The notes beneath the pieces were generated by a model. It searched no databases. It was given only the letters and a program-made list of their open reading frames with translations, and was not told the origin of the DNA. A program made the position numbers and the translations under genes. From Verrucomicrobiota bacterium (GTDB lineage Bacteria > Verrucomicrobiota > Verrucomicrobiia > Opitutales > Coraliomargaritaceae): DNA of 34,292 nt. The stretch covers positions 1 to 34,292 of the forward strand of contig JBCBZJ010000028.1 of the NCBI GenBank assembly GCA_039815375.1, in the 5' to 3' direction. This document shows, piece by piece, positions 1 through 9,787 of this stretch. How positions within the stretch are numbered: the first letter of the stretch is position 1; each line of letters starts with the position of its first letter.

Positions 1-126
1 GTTAACTAGACGCTTTCTAAACGGAATCGCCTTCCTCGAAGCCTTATCGTTCTCCCCATAGTTGTTCCGTCTGTCTTTTACGTAAGACAGGGCCTTCTTC
101 TCTTGGGGTGTTTTTTGCTTCTTCAT
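1..126 (-). CDS. Partial basic hypothetical protein (N-terminus only, runs off the window edge)
   Basis: ATG at 126 opens MKKQKTPQEKKALSYVKDRRNNYGENDKASRKAIPFRKRLVN with no stop before position 1. Not in the ORF track; translated by hand. Confidence 0.6.
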   Translation of the reverse strand, partial: MKKQKTPQEKKALSYVKDRRNNYGENDKASRKAIPFRKRLVN

Positions 127-174
127 TTTCTTACCCAACAGTATTATCAGTCACAGTTAGGTTTCATAAGAAAA

Positions 175-212
175 AGCTCAGTCACGACCACTTTAGTGGC
201 GTTGACTGTAGC
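175..212 (-). other. Degenerate attC-like hairpin
   Basis: The minus strand reads GCTACAGTCAACGCCAC-TAAA-GTGGTCGTGACTGAGC, a stem with unpaired bases in the left arm. The flanking R boxes are not canonical. Confidence 0.25.
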
Positions 213-508
213 GTGTGACATACAGAAGGAATCGTTTAGCTAACGCCAGAAATTATAGTGATTTAAACAAAATAATGTCAAGCCCAAAAGGTGAACATGT
301 GTTCACATATAGATCGATAAAATCAATCTCTCACCTCTCAGTACCAATAACTACAAATTCCTTCCCGAAAGGTTTCTTTCGAGAAGCAGTTTGTAAACTT
401 TGCGGCAAAACTTCCTCGATGCAGACTTATCTGGTTGTTTACCTGCGACACCCTTGAATGGAACCAATATGGAATTAACTCTTAGAACATCACTGAGCAT
501 AATTCAGC

Positions 509-1393
509 TCAAGGTTGAGCGTTGCCACCAATTAAGGCATTATCATCAAAAGGACTATTTCCAATTCGAAGCTCGTCAATATAGCCGAAAGAACCGAAGT
601 TTCCGCTACCACCGTTCGCTCTGATATAGTTGTTACCACGCTTATTGTATTCGGCACCATAGGTGCCAACCCCGAAAAGTATATCTTGGACTACGCTACG
701 CGGATCATCATGACGATGACGTTTCTTTAGACTCTTATCACCACCAAAGTAGTAGCGAATACCGAACAGAAGGTGATCATAATCGTTATCGGCAATCATT
801 GCACGCGAGAATAGACTAAGTCCGTTTACTGGCAGTTCATACTCCGCATCAAAACGCGCTGAACTGTTATCAAAACGGTTCTCAATACCGACCGTCAGGC
901 TCAAATCTTCAATTGTATACAATGTGGCGTAAAGTAATCCAAAAACTCCATCCTCCTCTGTTTCAATGAATGGAACATCATCTTCATATTCAATAGCTGC
1001 GTAGCCTACTTTTGCTCCGATCGTCAACCAGTCCTGGTAATACTCACCTTCAATACTGATTTCGTAGGAATCGACTTCATCTCCGAAAACACCGCCAAAA
1101 GCGACCCCTAGCAGACCTTGCTTATAGTCTCTCCAGAAGAAGTGGCCACCTATTCCGGTAAAGTCCACATCTTCAACATCCGCATATAAAGCATCAAACT
1201 GAAATCCTAAAGCGTCTGCGACTGGAAATGATGCCGAGCCTTCGCTGATCCATCCATCGGATGAATTGAGATTGCCGTATGCAGAGTCAATTTTGCCGTT
1301 TATTTCAGAGACAGCTTGATTGGCATCCGCAACAGTGACCAAACTCAGCATCAAAAATGATTTAACTAAAGGGAACAAACTGCGAGATTTCAT
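509..1393 (-). CDS. Secreted or outer-membrane beta-barrel protein
   Basis: 294-aa ORF with an N-terminal signal peptide and alternating aromatic/Gly beta-strands ending in GIRYYFG, followed by a short tail. Confidence 0.75.
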   Translation of the reverse strand: MKSRSLFPLVKSFLMLSLVTVADANQAVSEINGKIDSAYGNLNSSDGWISEGSASFPVADALGFQFDALYADVEDVDFTGIGGHFFWRDYKQGLLGVAFGGVFGDEVDSYEISIEGEYYQDWLTIGAKVGYAAIEYEDDVPFIETEEDGVFGLLYATLYTIEDLSLTVGIENRFDNSSARFDAEYELPVNGLSLFSRAMIADNDYDHLLFGIRYYFGGDKSLKKRHRHDDPRSVVQDILFGVGTYGAEYNKRGNNYIRANGGSGNFGSFGYIDELRIGNSPFDDNALIGGNAQP

Positions 1394-1452
1394 TGATAAG
1401 TATGATTTCAGCTTCGTTTACAAAAACTGTCTTACTGATAGGTGCGAATGTT

Positions 1453-1743
1453 TCATTTCATCCTAGAAAGCTTAATTCTCGCAGAGTCGACAGACATGGT
1501 AAGACACGTGAGAGCGATATATTCCTTTGACGGATTCTTTTGAGTAGACATGTCGCCAGCCAGCCAATCGAACAAATCTTCGTCCGACACATCGTCAATA
1601 CAACTAACGATTTCTTCTAATTCTTCTACACTCGCATTTTCAAGCATTTCTGCTCTCTCGTAGTCGTCTTCAATACCCCACTTCTCAGCTGAACTTAATA
1701 AGTTAGCTAAGGCTTCTGGCACGTTGTTCTTATCAAGTTTCAT
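1453..1743 (-). CDS. Probable immunity protein for the Rhs toxin
   Basis: 96-aa acidic ORF starting 2 nt after the Rhs stop codon, the standard position of an immunity gene. Confidence 0.7.
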   Translation of the reverse strand: MKLDKNNVPEALANLLSSAEKWGIEDDYERAEMLENASVEELEEIVSCIDDVSDEDLFDWLAGDMSTQKNPSKEYIALTCLTMSVDSARIKLSRMK

Positions 1744-1745
1744 AT

Positions 1746-4700
1746 CTATAAACCCTCAATAAAGCTGTTAAACTGGTCGAAATATTGTTGGCGAACCGAG
1801 TTAGGAACTCTGGCCGCCTCAAACTGTTCCTCAGCTAATCTCCAAGCTGTCCCTGGCTGAACCTGCGCCCAATCAATATTTCTTGGGCTTACGTTTTGCC
1901 GCTGTGCTATTTCCTTCCTGAAAGTATTGAACAGTCCTCTCGTTGCGTTATGGTTTGGATCGTTTCTCATCAAGACAGCGGGAGCTTGGCTAGCCCTGTA
2001 ACCTGTATAATTTGCCTCCATCCAGACGCTATTTACCCCGTGATGCGATTGCATGTTAGCAGGTCTTGGACTGGGCATGCTACCATGTTTTCCGACTCTC
2101 CAAAGACTGCTAGAATCACCAAACCTATCCGCAGTTCTAATCACTCCAAAGACACCAAAACCAGCTGCGGCAAACTTAGCACCCGTAGCCGCTTGACCGA
2201 GACCAGGCACCGCCGCAGCGAGATTGATCGAAGCATCTGCATAATTGCCGCGAGCAACTGAAATCCCCGCATTGGCAATATCCGCCACAAACCCTACAAC
2301 TGGAACCATTCCAAGGAAGCTCAAGCCAGTCTGAACTGCGTTGATGACACTCGCATTGCCAAGACCAGTTGGATCAACAAAGCCTAGTGGATTACCGGCG
2401 GCATAGGCATACCAGTTCCAGCCCTGTTGTGCAGGGTCGGTGTTCACAAAACGCCTAATGAGCGGGTTGTAGAAGCGCGCCCGCATGTGAATCAGACCAC
2501 TCTCGTCCGTTTGATTACCAAAGAAGCCTGTAAAGAGGAACGGCGTATCATGCGTGCCTTCGCGATTGATAATGCTGCCGAATGGCGAGTATTCAACGCG
2601 ATCCGTAACCACCTCGCTATCGTCAGTAAGAGCAATTGTGCTTCCGTAGTTATCGTAATGATAATACGTTGCTTCCTCAACGGCATTTACCTCGTAAAGC
2701 AAGCCAGCACCCCAAACATAACGGACGGTCTGCCCGTTATTGGTGCGCTGCAAGACCTTCGTCAGACCAAGGTTGTTTTCGTTGACGTAGCTAATACTGC
2801 CGCCAGCTCCACTTTGTGAGACACGTTCGCCTTCCGGGTCGTACCCATAGGTGATGCCGCCTGCGGCCGTCAGGCGATTGCGGATATCAAAATCATAGGT
2901 GCCAATGCTACCATTGGGTAGCGGCCCGCTAGTCATGTTTCCATCTGGGTCATGGATAACCGATTGACCCTCAAAACTGGAGAGCTGATTGTCGGCATTA
3001 TAGAGCATCGCGTTGACCACGTTTGGCTGCGCTCCCGCGCTTTGCGCCTTGGGCAGTTGATAGACCCATTGCAACTCATCTGAGGCGTAATAGTTATTCT
3101 TATAGAGCGCAATCAATTGCCCGACAGAAGTATATTCTTCAACGATTTCAGGGCGTCCGGCGGCGTCATACTTGATTTTTCGAATCGTCCCGTTGGGCCT
3201 TACGATTCGATCCAGACGACCGTCGTTGTTCCAGTAGTTCGTCGTGATACGAGGGCTGGTCGTCGAGTCCAGCTTATCAATGACTTCCTTTAGGCGACCT
3301 GTTTTCCAATAGGTGTATTCGACATGACCGACACCATTCTCAGCGCCACCGGGATAAATAATTTTAGCAACCTTCCCTGAATCGTAATAGCGGTAGCCGA
3401 TGGTGTTGCCATTAATATCGGTATAGCTCTTAACCCTATTCAGATTATCGTAAGTGCGGTTGATGCCAGCGGCACCTTCATTCAGGGTTTTAAGATTCCC
3501 GTTGTTATCGTAGAGCGTGTAATTAACGACTTCAGTATCAGTTCCGTTTGAATAAGTCGCGCTTTCTAGGCGACCACTTGTCGGATGATAAGCAAACGTC
3601 GCGGTTTCACCCGAAGGTTCGGTTACAGTGTCGATTTCTCCGCGATGGGCGTATGTCGTGACCGTTGCACGATTATTAGACGCATCCAGTGGTGTGATTG
3701 AATGCGTTCTTCGCCCCAATCCGTCATACCTAAATTCGAAAACATTGTCCTTTTTGTTTCGATAGTAGCGTGGCTGCCCTAGGCGGTTAAACTCTGTGGT
3801 CGCGGTAATGCTATCGGCATCTGTGAAAATACTTCGAGGATAGCCTTCTGTAGTGTCTCCATCTGCCAAGAGTGTTTCGCTGTAGGAAAAACCATAGCTT
3901 CGATCCGAAGGTGCCCCCGGCTCAATTCGCGTTAAGGGGCGATTATCACCATCGTATATGAACGAAGAGGTGCGAGTAGCGGGTTTCTGCACCTCATCGA
4001 CTTCACCATCTCCAAAGTAAATGACGTTTGTTTGGCGATCAGCTGCATCGATGATTTCATCCACCCAATCACGCCCATCGTAAACGTAATCAAGCACAAG
4101 GTCATCCGTGGTCGCTGCAGTTTCGTTAACCAGAGATTCAGAATCCAGAAGGTCGGTCGGATTATAGGTATAGCTTTGTTTGACCCGAAGACCGCCATTA
4201 TCCTGTGGAGATTCCACACTCAACAAGCGTCCTTGATTATCGTAAGCACGGTCTTCAGTCGCTTCATCGGAACCGTTCTTATCGGTTACGACCTGTGTAA
4301 CTTGACGACGGTCATTGTATGTAAAATCCGTGCGAATGTCGTTCGGATCTTCAACCCAGTCCAAGTCACCACGAGCTGTGTATTGGAAGTCTGTTCGAAA
4401 ATCACCAGGCGCATCTGTCCAATCTGGTTGCGCGTTGCCATCATAAGCGTTTTCAGTGACAAGACCATCGTCATCGGTGACAGTATGCACCATCCCGGCG
4501 GCAGCTCCTATTTCGTGATAAGCAAAGGTCGTCGTTCCTTCCGGGTCAATCACTTGATACGGGCGATTTTTTCCAGAATTAAATCCTGATGTGAAGTAAA
4601 CGAAGTCCGTAAAATTACCTTCGGGATCAGTGGTATGGTCTAGTCGGTGCGAACTATCATAGACATTGATCGTGCTGCCGCCGCCACGCGGATAATTGAC

Positions 4701-7700
4701 CTGCAAAAGATTGTGATCGCTGTCATACTCAAAAGTAGTGATTTCACCAGAACCGGAAACGCGCTCAACGACCTGATCTTGGCCGTCGTATTGCATGGTC
4801 ATTTTATTGCCTTCCGCATCGATCTTACCAACCGGACGTCCGCGCTCATCATAAAGGTAAGTGGTAATTCCACCTTCGGGGTCTTCTTCAAAATTTTCGA
4901 GACCACTGTAGCGCAGTTTCCATGTCTTGGACGTATCGCCATGCAGGTATTGTTCTTTGACTCGTCCGAGTGTATCCCAAATATTCTGTGCTACGATTTC
5001 TTTATCGTGATTACGTATCCGCACCATCAGGTGCTCAGATGCTTCCGTACCGGAAGGATCTACAGGTGTTGCCCCGTCGGGATCGGTAGACGCTTCATAA
5101 ACGTAGTAGGTGAATTTACCCTCAGGGTCGGTGTAGCGATCCTGATTTCCTTCTGAATCGTAGCGAAATCCAATGCTCCGCCCGGTTGAATCAGTTAGCG
5201 TGGTAATCTGGTTGTTACTGTTGTATCCGAACGTGTAGCGCCGACCATAGGCATCTTCTACATAATCAATCCGATCATCACTGTGGTAAGCAAATGTCAT
5301 TTCCTTGCCATCCACATCGACAATCTTCTGCACTCTTTGTCCGTCGTCTTCGGAGTCCTGGGTATCTTCAAAATGAATTGTATTTCCAAGCCGCTGCTTG
5401 AGTCGATAGTTCCCACTTACCTCAGTTAACTCCATTGTGGAGCCAGCGGGTGGCTCGAATGTCCCATCGGGCTGTCTGACAAACTGGAAGGTGTCCGGCC
5501 CGATGGTGATAGATACCGCAGAGTTCGTCATTAGGTCCGTGAACCAAGTGACAGCAAGATTTGCCACGCCCCATTCCTTTGCGGAAGCCGTAGTACGATA
5601 CAAATCCGAAGCGACCAGAGCACTTGTAAGAAAACCAGCAGCATGTTCGGTTGTTCCTAACCCCAGAACTTCCTCAACTGCGGTGCGATTTGTCACGCGA
5701 ATGTGAAGGGGGTGCGTCCAACCATATCCTATGTTTTGATCGTCTTGAAAGCGGGTGTTACTGGTATAATGTCGAGTGAAGTTTAGTCCGCGAGGTGCAG
5801 CCTCTATGCCAGTTGCCATATCGTCATTCGCGTAGATAAATGCTCCAGTTGCCATGTCGACCGGATCACTGCCATACATACGCGGTAAGGTTGGTAAAGT
5901 CGGCAAAGGCTTGAGTGTCGGCATCGAAGACGAGCCGTATGTGAAAGCTGGATTTGTATAGATGCTGGAATAAATCGACGTTGAGACTACGGTGGCTGGA
6001 TTAACGGCATAACCACCATTCAAATTACCAGAAATAATCATGCCCACGCCCGTGGCTGTTCGAACAATATAGCCGCTGCCTGTCCAATCTCCGACAGAGT
6101 AGTCATCATTGCGTGGCAGAAAGAGACGCGCACCCGAATTATTAATTAGATTACTAAACTCGGTCTCCTTGGCATTGGTGTAGTTGATCTGATTTCTGAC
6201 GGTATTCCAATTGCTACTGTCAGCTAGATAAAGTCGCTCTCCATCAGCATTTGCACCGCGCAGAATATTTGCTGTCGAAACCCCGGAATTTCCCGGCTGC
6301 ATCTGTTCAATAACGCCATGTTCAAATGCACTGGCATACAATGCCGCAAGTTGAACAACATTATCGAAAGAATCATCCAATTGGCCGTCTCTGGGATAGT
6401 GTCCACTTAAACTCAGACTGACATCGACAAAAAAGCCACCTCCTTGGGATTCATCTTCCTGCGACATTCGACCAAAGGCATGGTGAGTCAAAACATCGAC
6501 CTCATCTATGAAACCGAGCATTTCGTAAGCGAGCTGCTTCTGGTATAGCCAGTTCAAGCCCATGATATTTAGCAACTCGCTCCTGACTTCACGCGAGCTA
6601 TCTAAAAGACCACTCTCAAGATAATCATTAAGAACCTCATAGCGTTTCTGTAAGAGACGCCCTGATGGCGAAAAGCCATAGAGAATCGTATGCACGATAC
6701 CATTTCCACGTTTATAGCTTTGATCGTCTATCTGGTTGCCCAAACCGCCTGGGTGCTCAACTGTGATTGTCAAATCAAATTCTGAACCGCTCACAGTCCG
6801 TGTATCAATTGGGGCGTCATCATCGAACCTTAGGTTCGCAGTCATTCCATTCGAACCAGAAAAATCCAGGCTGATTCTTCGCCCCTCAAGATCGGCAGTA
6901 GGAATGGTGCAATCGATAGCTCCACTTTGGAAACGCACTGTTGTTTTGTAATCGTCCAGTGTTGAAGTGATATTCGTCTCATTGAAGCGGTTCGAGTAAT
7001 ATTGCTTCAATGGGTAGGCGTCCGACAAACTGGGAACTTCAACTGGGATAATTCGCCTGCCGCTGACAATCTCAGCGACACTTAAATTCGGATAGTTGGT
7101 GCGCAACTCGTCTACAATATCACCGGATAAGTTTGCAAGGAATGTGCTAACATTGGCCTCGCTCAAGTTTTGAACATAGCCCGTTCCCGTATTACCTCCG
7201 GCTGTGCTTAAAAGCGTGGATCGATTATAACCAACTGCTGTTAAAAGGTCAGCGCGGTTTAATGTTTCATAGTTCTTAAATGAAGGGTCTAACTCATAGG
7301 CTGTTCCGTTGATAGTAACGCGAAGCCAAACTCGATGCCAAACGATTTGCATTGAACTATTCCAACGCGCCCATCCTTCCATAAAACGCGCATTGCTGAG
7401 AAAGGTGAACGTGTAGCGTATCTGTTTGGCTTGAAGCTCGCTCAGATTCGACCAAAATGATGGCCTTGTAGCACCAAATGCTTGCTGGTAAGTTTGCCCT
7501 GGAAATGGGTCTTTATCCAATCCCAGCATGTCATACACATTCACGCCATTATTGCCGACAACTGCAATTCGGTGACGTCCGCGGCGATATTGGATGTCGC
7601 TGCTAGGAACGCCTGCGGCCTCTAACAATGCTGCTAAAAGCAAGCACTGATCCATATCATTACCACTACCTTCGAGCAGTGTCATCACGGCACCCTTACG

Positions 7701-7991
7701 AATACCGTAATAAGTTTCGTGAACGATCGTGTTTCGGACATAATTAAAAACTTTCAAAGGATCGTTATCCAAAGCTTCTGCTAAAGCAGCGATCTCCGCA
7801 TTAGCAGGCTGTGCCTGAGGAGCGGAGAAAGTAGATGCGCTAGTTGTCGTCGCGGCAGCTTCGTCAATTGATGGTAAAGATGTCGTGCTGCTTCCAATTC
7901 GATTTTCCCACAAAGGGTTCGATTGGCCGTATGCACTTAATAAAAGTGCAAAAAATGTAAGGGCAGTAAAAAGGAACTTAAAGGATTTCAT
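1746..7991 (-). CDS. Rhs/YD-repeat polymorphic toxin: signal peptide, transglutaminase-like domain, DUF6531-like domain, YD shell, Rhs core, pre-toxin helices, C-terminal SHH-type (HNH/EndoVII fold) nuclease
   Basis: ATG at 7991 gives the signal MKSFKFLFTALTFFALLLSAYG. Motifs seen: GNDMDQCLLLAALL...HRVW...LDPS; DPVDMATG...GYGW; many YD repeats; core RARFYNP...YAAGNPLGFVDPTGL (DPTGL at 2361-2375); GMVPVVGFVAD; QSHHG...APAVLM...H. Confidence 0.92.
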   Translation of the reverse strand: MKSFKFLFTALTFFALLLSAYGQSNPLWENRIGSSTTSLPSIDEAAATTTSASTFSAPQAQPANAEIAALAEALDNDPLKVFNYVRNTIVHETYYGIRKGAVMTLLEGSGNDMDQCLLLAALLEAAGVPSSDIQYRRGRHRIAVVGNNGVNVYDMLGLDKDPFPGQTYQQAFGATRPSFWSNLSELQAKQIRYTFTFLSNARFMEGWARWNSSMQIVWHRVWLRVTINGTAYELDPSFKNYETLNRADLLTAVGYNRSTLLSTAGGNTGTGYVQNLSEANVSTFLANLSGDIVDELRTNYPNLSVAEIVSGRRIIPVEVPSLSDAYPLKQYYSNRFNETNITSTLDDYKTTVRFQSGAIDCTIPTADLEGRRISLDFSGSNGMTANLRFDDDAPIDTRTVSGSEFDLTITVEHPGGLGNQIDDQSYKRGNGIVHTILYGFSPSGRLLQKRYEVLNDYLESGLLDSSREVRSELLNIMGLNWLYQKQLAYEMLGFIDEVDVLTHHAFGRMSQEDESQGGGFFVDVSLSLSGHYPRDGQLDDSFDNVVQLAALYASAFEHGVIEQMQPGNSGVSTANILRGANADGERLYLADSSNWNTVRNQINYTNAKETEFSNLINNSGARLFLPRNDDYSVGDWTGSGYIVRTATGVGMIISGNLNGGYAVNPATVVSTSIYSSIYTNPAFTYGSSSMPTLKPLPTLPTLPRMYGSDPVDMATGAFIYANDDMATGIEAAPRGLNFTRHYTSNTRFQDDQNIGYGWTHPLHIRVTNRTAVEEVLGLGTTEHAAGFLTSALVASDLYRTTASAKEWGVANLAVTWFTDLMTNSAVSITIGPDTFQFVRQPDGTFEPPAGSTMELTEVSGNYRLKQRLGNTIHFEDTQDSEDDGQRVQKIVDVDGKEMTFAYHSDDRIDYVEDAYGRRYTFGYNSNNQITTLTDSTGRSIGFRYDSEGNQDRYTDPEGKFTYYVYEASTDPDGATPVDPSGTEASEHLMVRIRNHDKEIVAQNIWDTLGRVKEQYLHGDTSKTWKLRYSGLENFEEDPEGGITTYLYDERGRPVGKIDAEGNKMTMQYDGQDQVVERVSGSGEITTFEYDSDHNLLQVNYPRGGGSTINVYDSSHRLDHTTDPEGNFTDFVYFTSGFNSGKNRPYQVIDPEGTTTFAYHEIGAAAGMVHTVTDDDGLVTENAYDGNAQPDWTDAPGDFRTDFQYTARGDLDWVEDPNDIRTDFTYNDRRQVTQVVTDKNGSDEATEDRAYDNQGRLLSVESPQDNGGLRVKQSYTYNPTDLLDSESLVNETAATTDDLVLDYVYDGRDWVDEIIDAADRQTNVIYFGDGEVDEVQKPATRTSSFIYDGDNRPLTRIEPGAPSDRSYGFSYSETLLADGDTTEGYPRSIFTDADSITATTEFNRLGQPRYYRNKKDNVFEFRYDGLGRRTHSITPLDASNNRATVTTYAHRGEIDTVTEPSGETATFAYHPTSGRLESATYSNGTDTEVVNYTLYDNNGNLKTLNEGAAGINRTYDNLNRVKSYTDINGNTIGYRYYDSGKVAKIIYPGGAENGVGHVEYTYWKTGRLKEVIDKLDSTTSPRITTNYWNNDGRLDRIVRPNGTIRKIKYDAAGRPEIVEEYTSVGQLIALYKNNYYASDELQWVYQLPKAQSAGAQPNVVNAMLYNADNQLSSFEGQSVIHDPDGNMTSGPLPNGSIGTYDFDIRNRLTAAGGITYGYDPEGERVSQSGAGGSISYVNENNLGLTKVLQRTNNGQTVRYVWGAGLLYEVNAVEEATYYHYDNYGSTIALTDDSEVVTDRVEYSPFGSIINREGTHDTPFLFTGFFGNQTDESGLIHMRARFYNPLIRRFVNTDPAQQGWNWYAYAAGNPLGFVDPTGLGNASVINAVQTGLSFLGMVPVVGFVADIANAGISVARGNYADASINLAAAVPGLGQAATGAKFAAAGFGVFGVIRTADRFGDSSSLWRVGKHGSMPSPRPANMQSHHGVNSVWMEANYTGYRASQAPAVLMRNDPNHNATRGLFNTFRKEIAQRQNVSPRNIDWAQVQPGTAWRLAEEQFEAARVPNSVRQQYFDQFNSFIEGL

Positions 7992-8015
7992 AGACGTCAA
8001 AGAAATACTGTAATA

Positions 8016-8717
8016 CTACTGTGCTGATTCTAGATTACCTTCTTCGTCAAAAGTGAAGGCCAGGTTGGTTGAGCCAGAGCTTGTGTTTAGGTGCCCAAGC
8101 GAGGTGTAGGTGTATTCAACCAATCCTGTGCTCTCAGCTATGAAGGTGTTTGCCTGATCGACGATTGGGTTTGTTCTCGCCTGCCACTCGAATTTGTCTA
8201 AAATTCCATCATTATCGAAATCACCTTCACCGTTACGGCTCAGATCCTCAAAATAGAAGATTTCCCAATAATCTGGAAGGCCATCCGGCTCGCTATCAAC
8301 AATGGTTTCGGCGACGACTGCATTCATTGAATTATCTAATTCAAGAGCCGTTGCTATACCGTCTCCATCATGGTCGGTTAAGCCAAGCAAACTGAATGAG
8401 TCCGGGTCCCCTAAGAGCTTAAAAAATGCCTTATCGGTCCCTGCAAAAGGCGCGAACTGCACAGCTTCGGCTTGACCTGTTCCGCCAGCACCGGAGACAC
8501 CCTTGACCGCATAGAAATATTGATCCCAAGCTATTGTTAAGTCTGTCGTGCTTTCGATCACGTAATAGACGTTTGGATTTCCCCAAAATTTAAGCTTCAA
8601 GGGCTGAGTTGGGGCCGCGAGATCTTTTTCAATTCGAAAGTTTTCTGGTAATGCCAAAAGCGACACGCTAAATCCTATAGCTGTCAGTCCGATGATTGTA
8701 GAATGTTTCATGATCAA
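8016..8717 (-). CDS. Secreted protein with DxDxDG (TSP3-like) Ca-binding repeats and a terminal YD-like repeat
   Basis: Signal peptide; YYVIESTTDLTIAW...FFKL segment; DHDGDG, DSEPDGLPDYWE and DFDNDGILD repeats; C-terminal YTYTSLGHL...FTFDEEGNL. Confidence 0.75.
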   Translation of the reverse strand: MIMKHSTIIGLTAIGFSVSLLALPENFRIEKDLAAPTQPLKLKFWGNPNVYYVIESTTDLTIAWDQYFYAVKGVSGAGGTGQAEAVQFAPFAGTDKAFFKLLGDPDSFSLLGLTDHDGDGIATALELDNSMNAVVAETIVDSEPDGLPDYWEIFYFEDLSRNGEGDFDNDGILDKFEWQARTNPIVDQANTFIAESTGLVEYTYTSLGHLNTSSGSTNLAFTFDEEGNLESAQ

Positions 8718-8729
8718 ATAGTTTGACGA

Positions 8730-9599
8730 TTACTGAGCAGCTTCGCCACGAAGCGGTGTGTAATTCATGATGACCTGTTTTGGCTTTTCGGGCGGATTTT
8801 CCTTTAAGTCCGCTTCGTGCGCTGCCTGCAAAGCCCTAGAATTGAGGTATTCGATACGAAAGCGCTCTTCTTCCTCTAGGTAGAAGCTGAAAAGAGCATT
8901 CAGCTGGCGGTAGAGCTTCTCAGGAATTTCTGTATCTAAGGGAGCGTCTACGAAATATTCGTAGTAATCAGGTGAAAACGAAACCGGAGGATACTCCCAA
9001 AGGCTTTCGATTTGATGGCCTTGTTCTTGGGCAAATTGTATTCTAGCAGCGTCATCTTCACGGGTGTAACTTGTAACGAAACCAAAGTAATCGTATTGGA
9101 CGCCTTCGTAGGAGAAACTTACGATTGGTTTGAGAAAATTCAGTGAAATATTAGTCCAGACAGTCACTCTCTGTCCTTCGACTGGATCGCGCCAAGTGAT
9201 TTTAGAGTATTCGTCGCCGTAGACACTTGCACCCAACGAAATGCTTTCATGCTGATACTCGGTTGGGAGTTCCACTGGCGCGGCAGTTGCCGTAGCTGCT
9301 GTTGTTTCGTGGCTCGAAGCCGGAGCCTCTGGCCTTAGAGCTAAGGCTACCTTTCTAAAGACGATCTTTTGCGTTCCTTTATTAACGACACGTTCTTCAG
9401 TCGCGCTTTGAGCCAGCGCTTGATCGCGGTAAGCTTTATCTGCTGCTTCCTTCTTGGATCTGCGATCTTTTATGATGGCTTCCGCTTCAATATGCGTCAG
9501 GAGCTTTGGTAGGTTCGGCTCAACTGCTTCTTCTGCGAAGATTAAGTTTACCGTCATACCAAATACGACTACTGGAAGAGAGCTTAGTAATATTCTCAT
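8730..9599 (-). CDS. Secreted hypothetical protein, first gene of the Rhs operon
   Basis: 289-aa ORF with a signal peptide, 12 nt upstream of the next co-oriented gene. Confidence 0.75.
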   Translation of the reverse strand: MRILLSSLPVVVFGMTVNLIFAEEAVEPNLPKLLTHIEAEAIIKDRRSKKEAADKAYRDQALAQSATEERVVNKGTQKIVFRKVALALRPEAPASSHETTAATATAAPVELPTEYQHESISLGASVYGDEYSKITWRDPVEGQRVTVWTNISLNFLKPIVSFSYEGVQYDYFGFVTSYTREDDAARIQFAQEQGHQIESLWEYPPVSFSPDYYEYFVDAPLDTEIPEKLYRQLNALFSFYLEEEERFRIEYLNSRALQAAHEADLKENPPEKPKQVIMNYTPLRGEAAQ

Positions 9600-9760
9600 T
9601 TTTTAAGTTTTGTTAGGAAAAATCAGCCGTCGCCCGAGAGAGAATCAAAGATGAATGAAGGGGGCGAGGAAAAGTTCTGCTCAAAAAGCTACATCAGTAT
9701 TCCTAAATGAGCCGATAAGGACTTCTGCATAACTTTACAAATGAGCACCTTACGATAAAA

Positions 9761-9787
9761 TGAAACAGAATAGGTAATTCTGTTTCA
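9761..9787 (+). repeat. Recombination-site candidate A1
   Basis: TGAAACAGAA-TAGGTAA-TTCTGTTTCA: perfect 10-bp arms around an asymmetric 7-bp core. The final A is the A of the recombinase ATG. Confidence 0.85.

Noticed and set aside
1896..6951. Many short ORFs inside the Rhs gene
   Set aside because: They are antisense or off-frame shadows of a well-supported long CDS.
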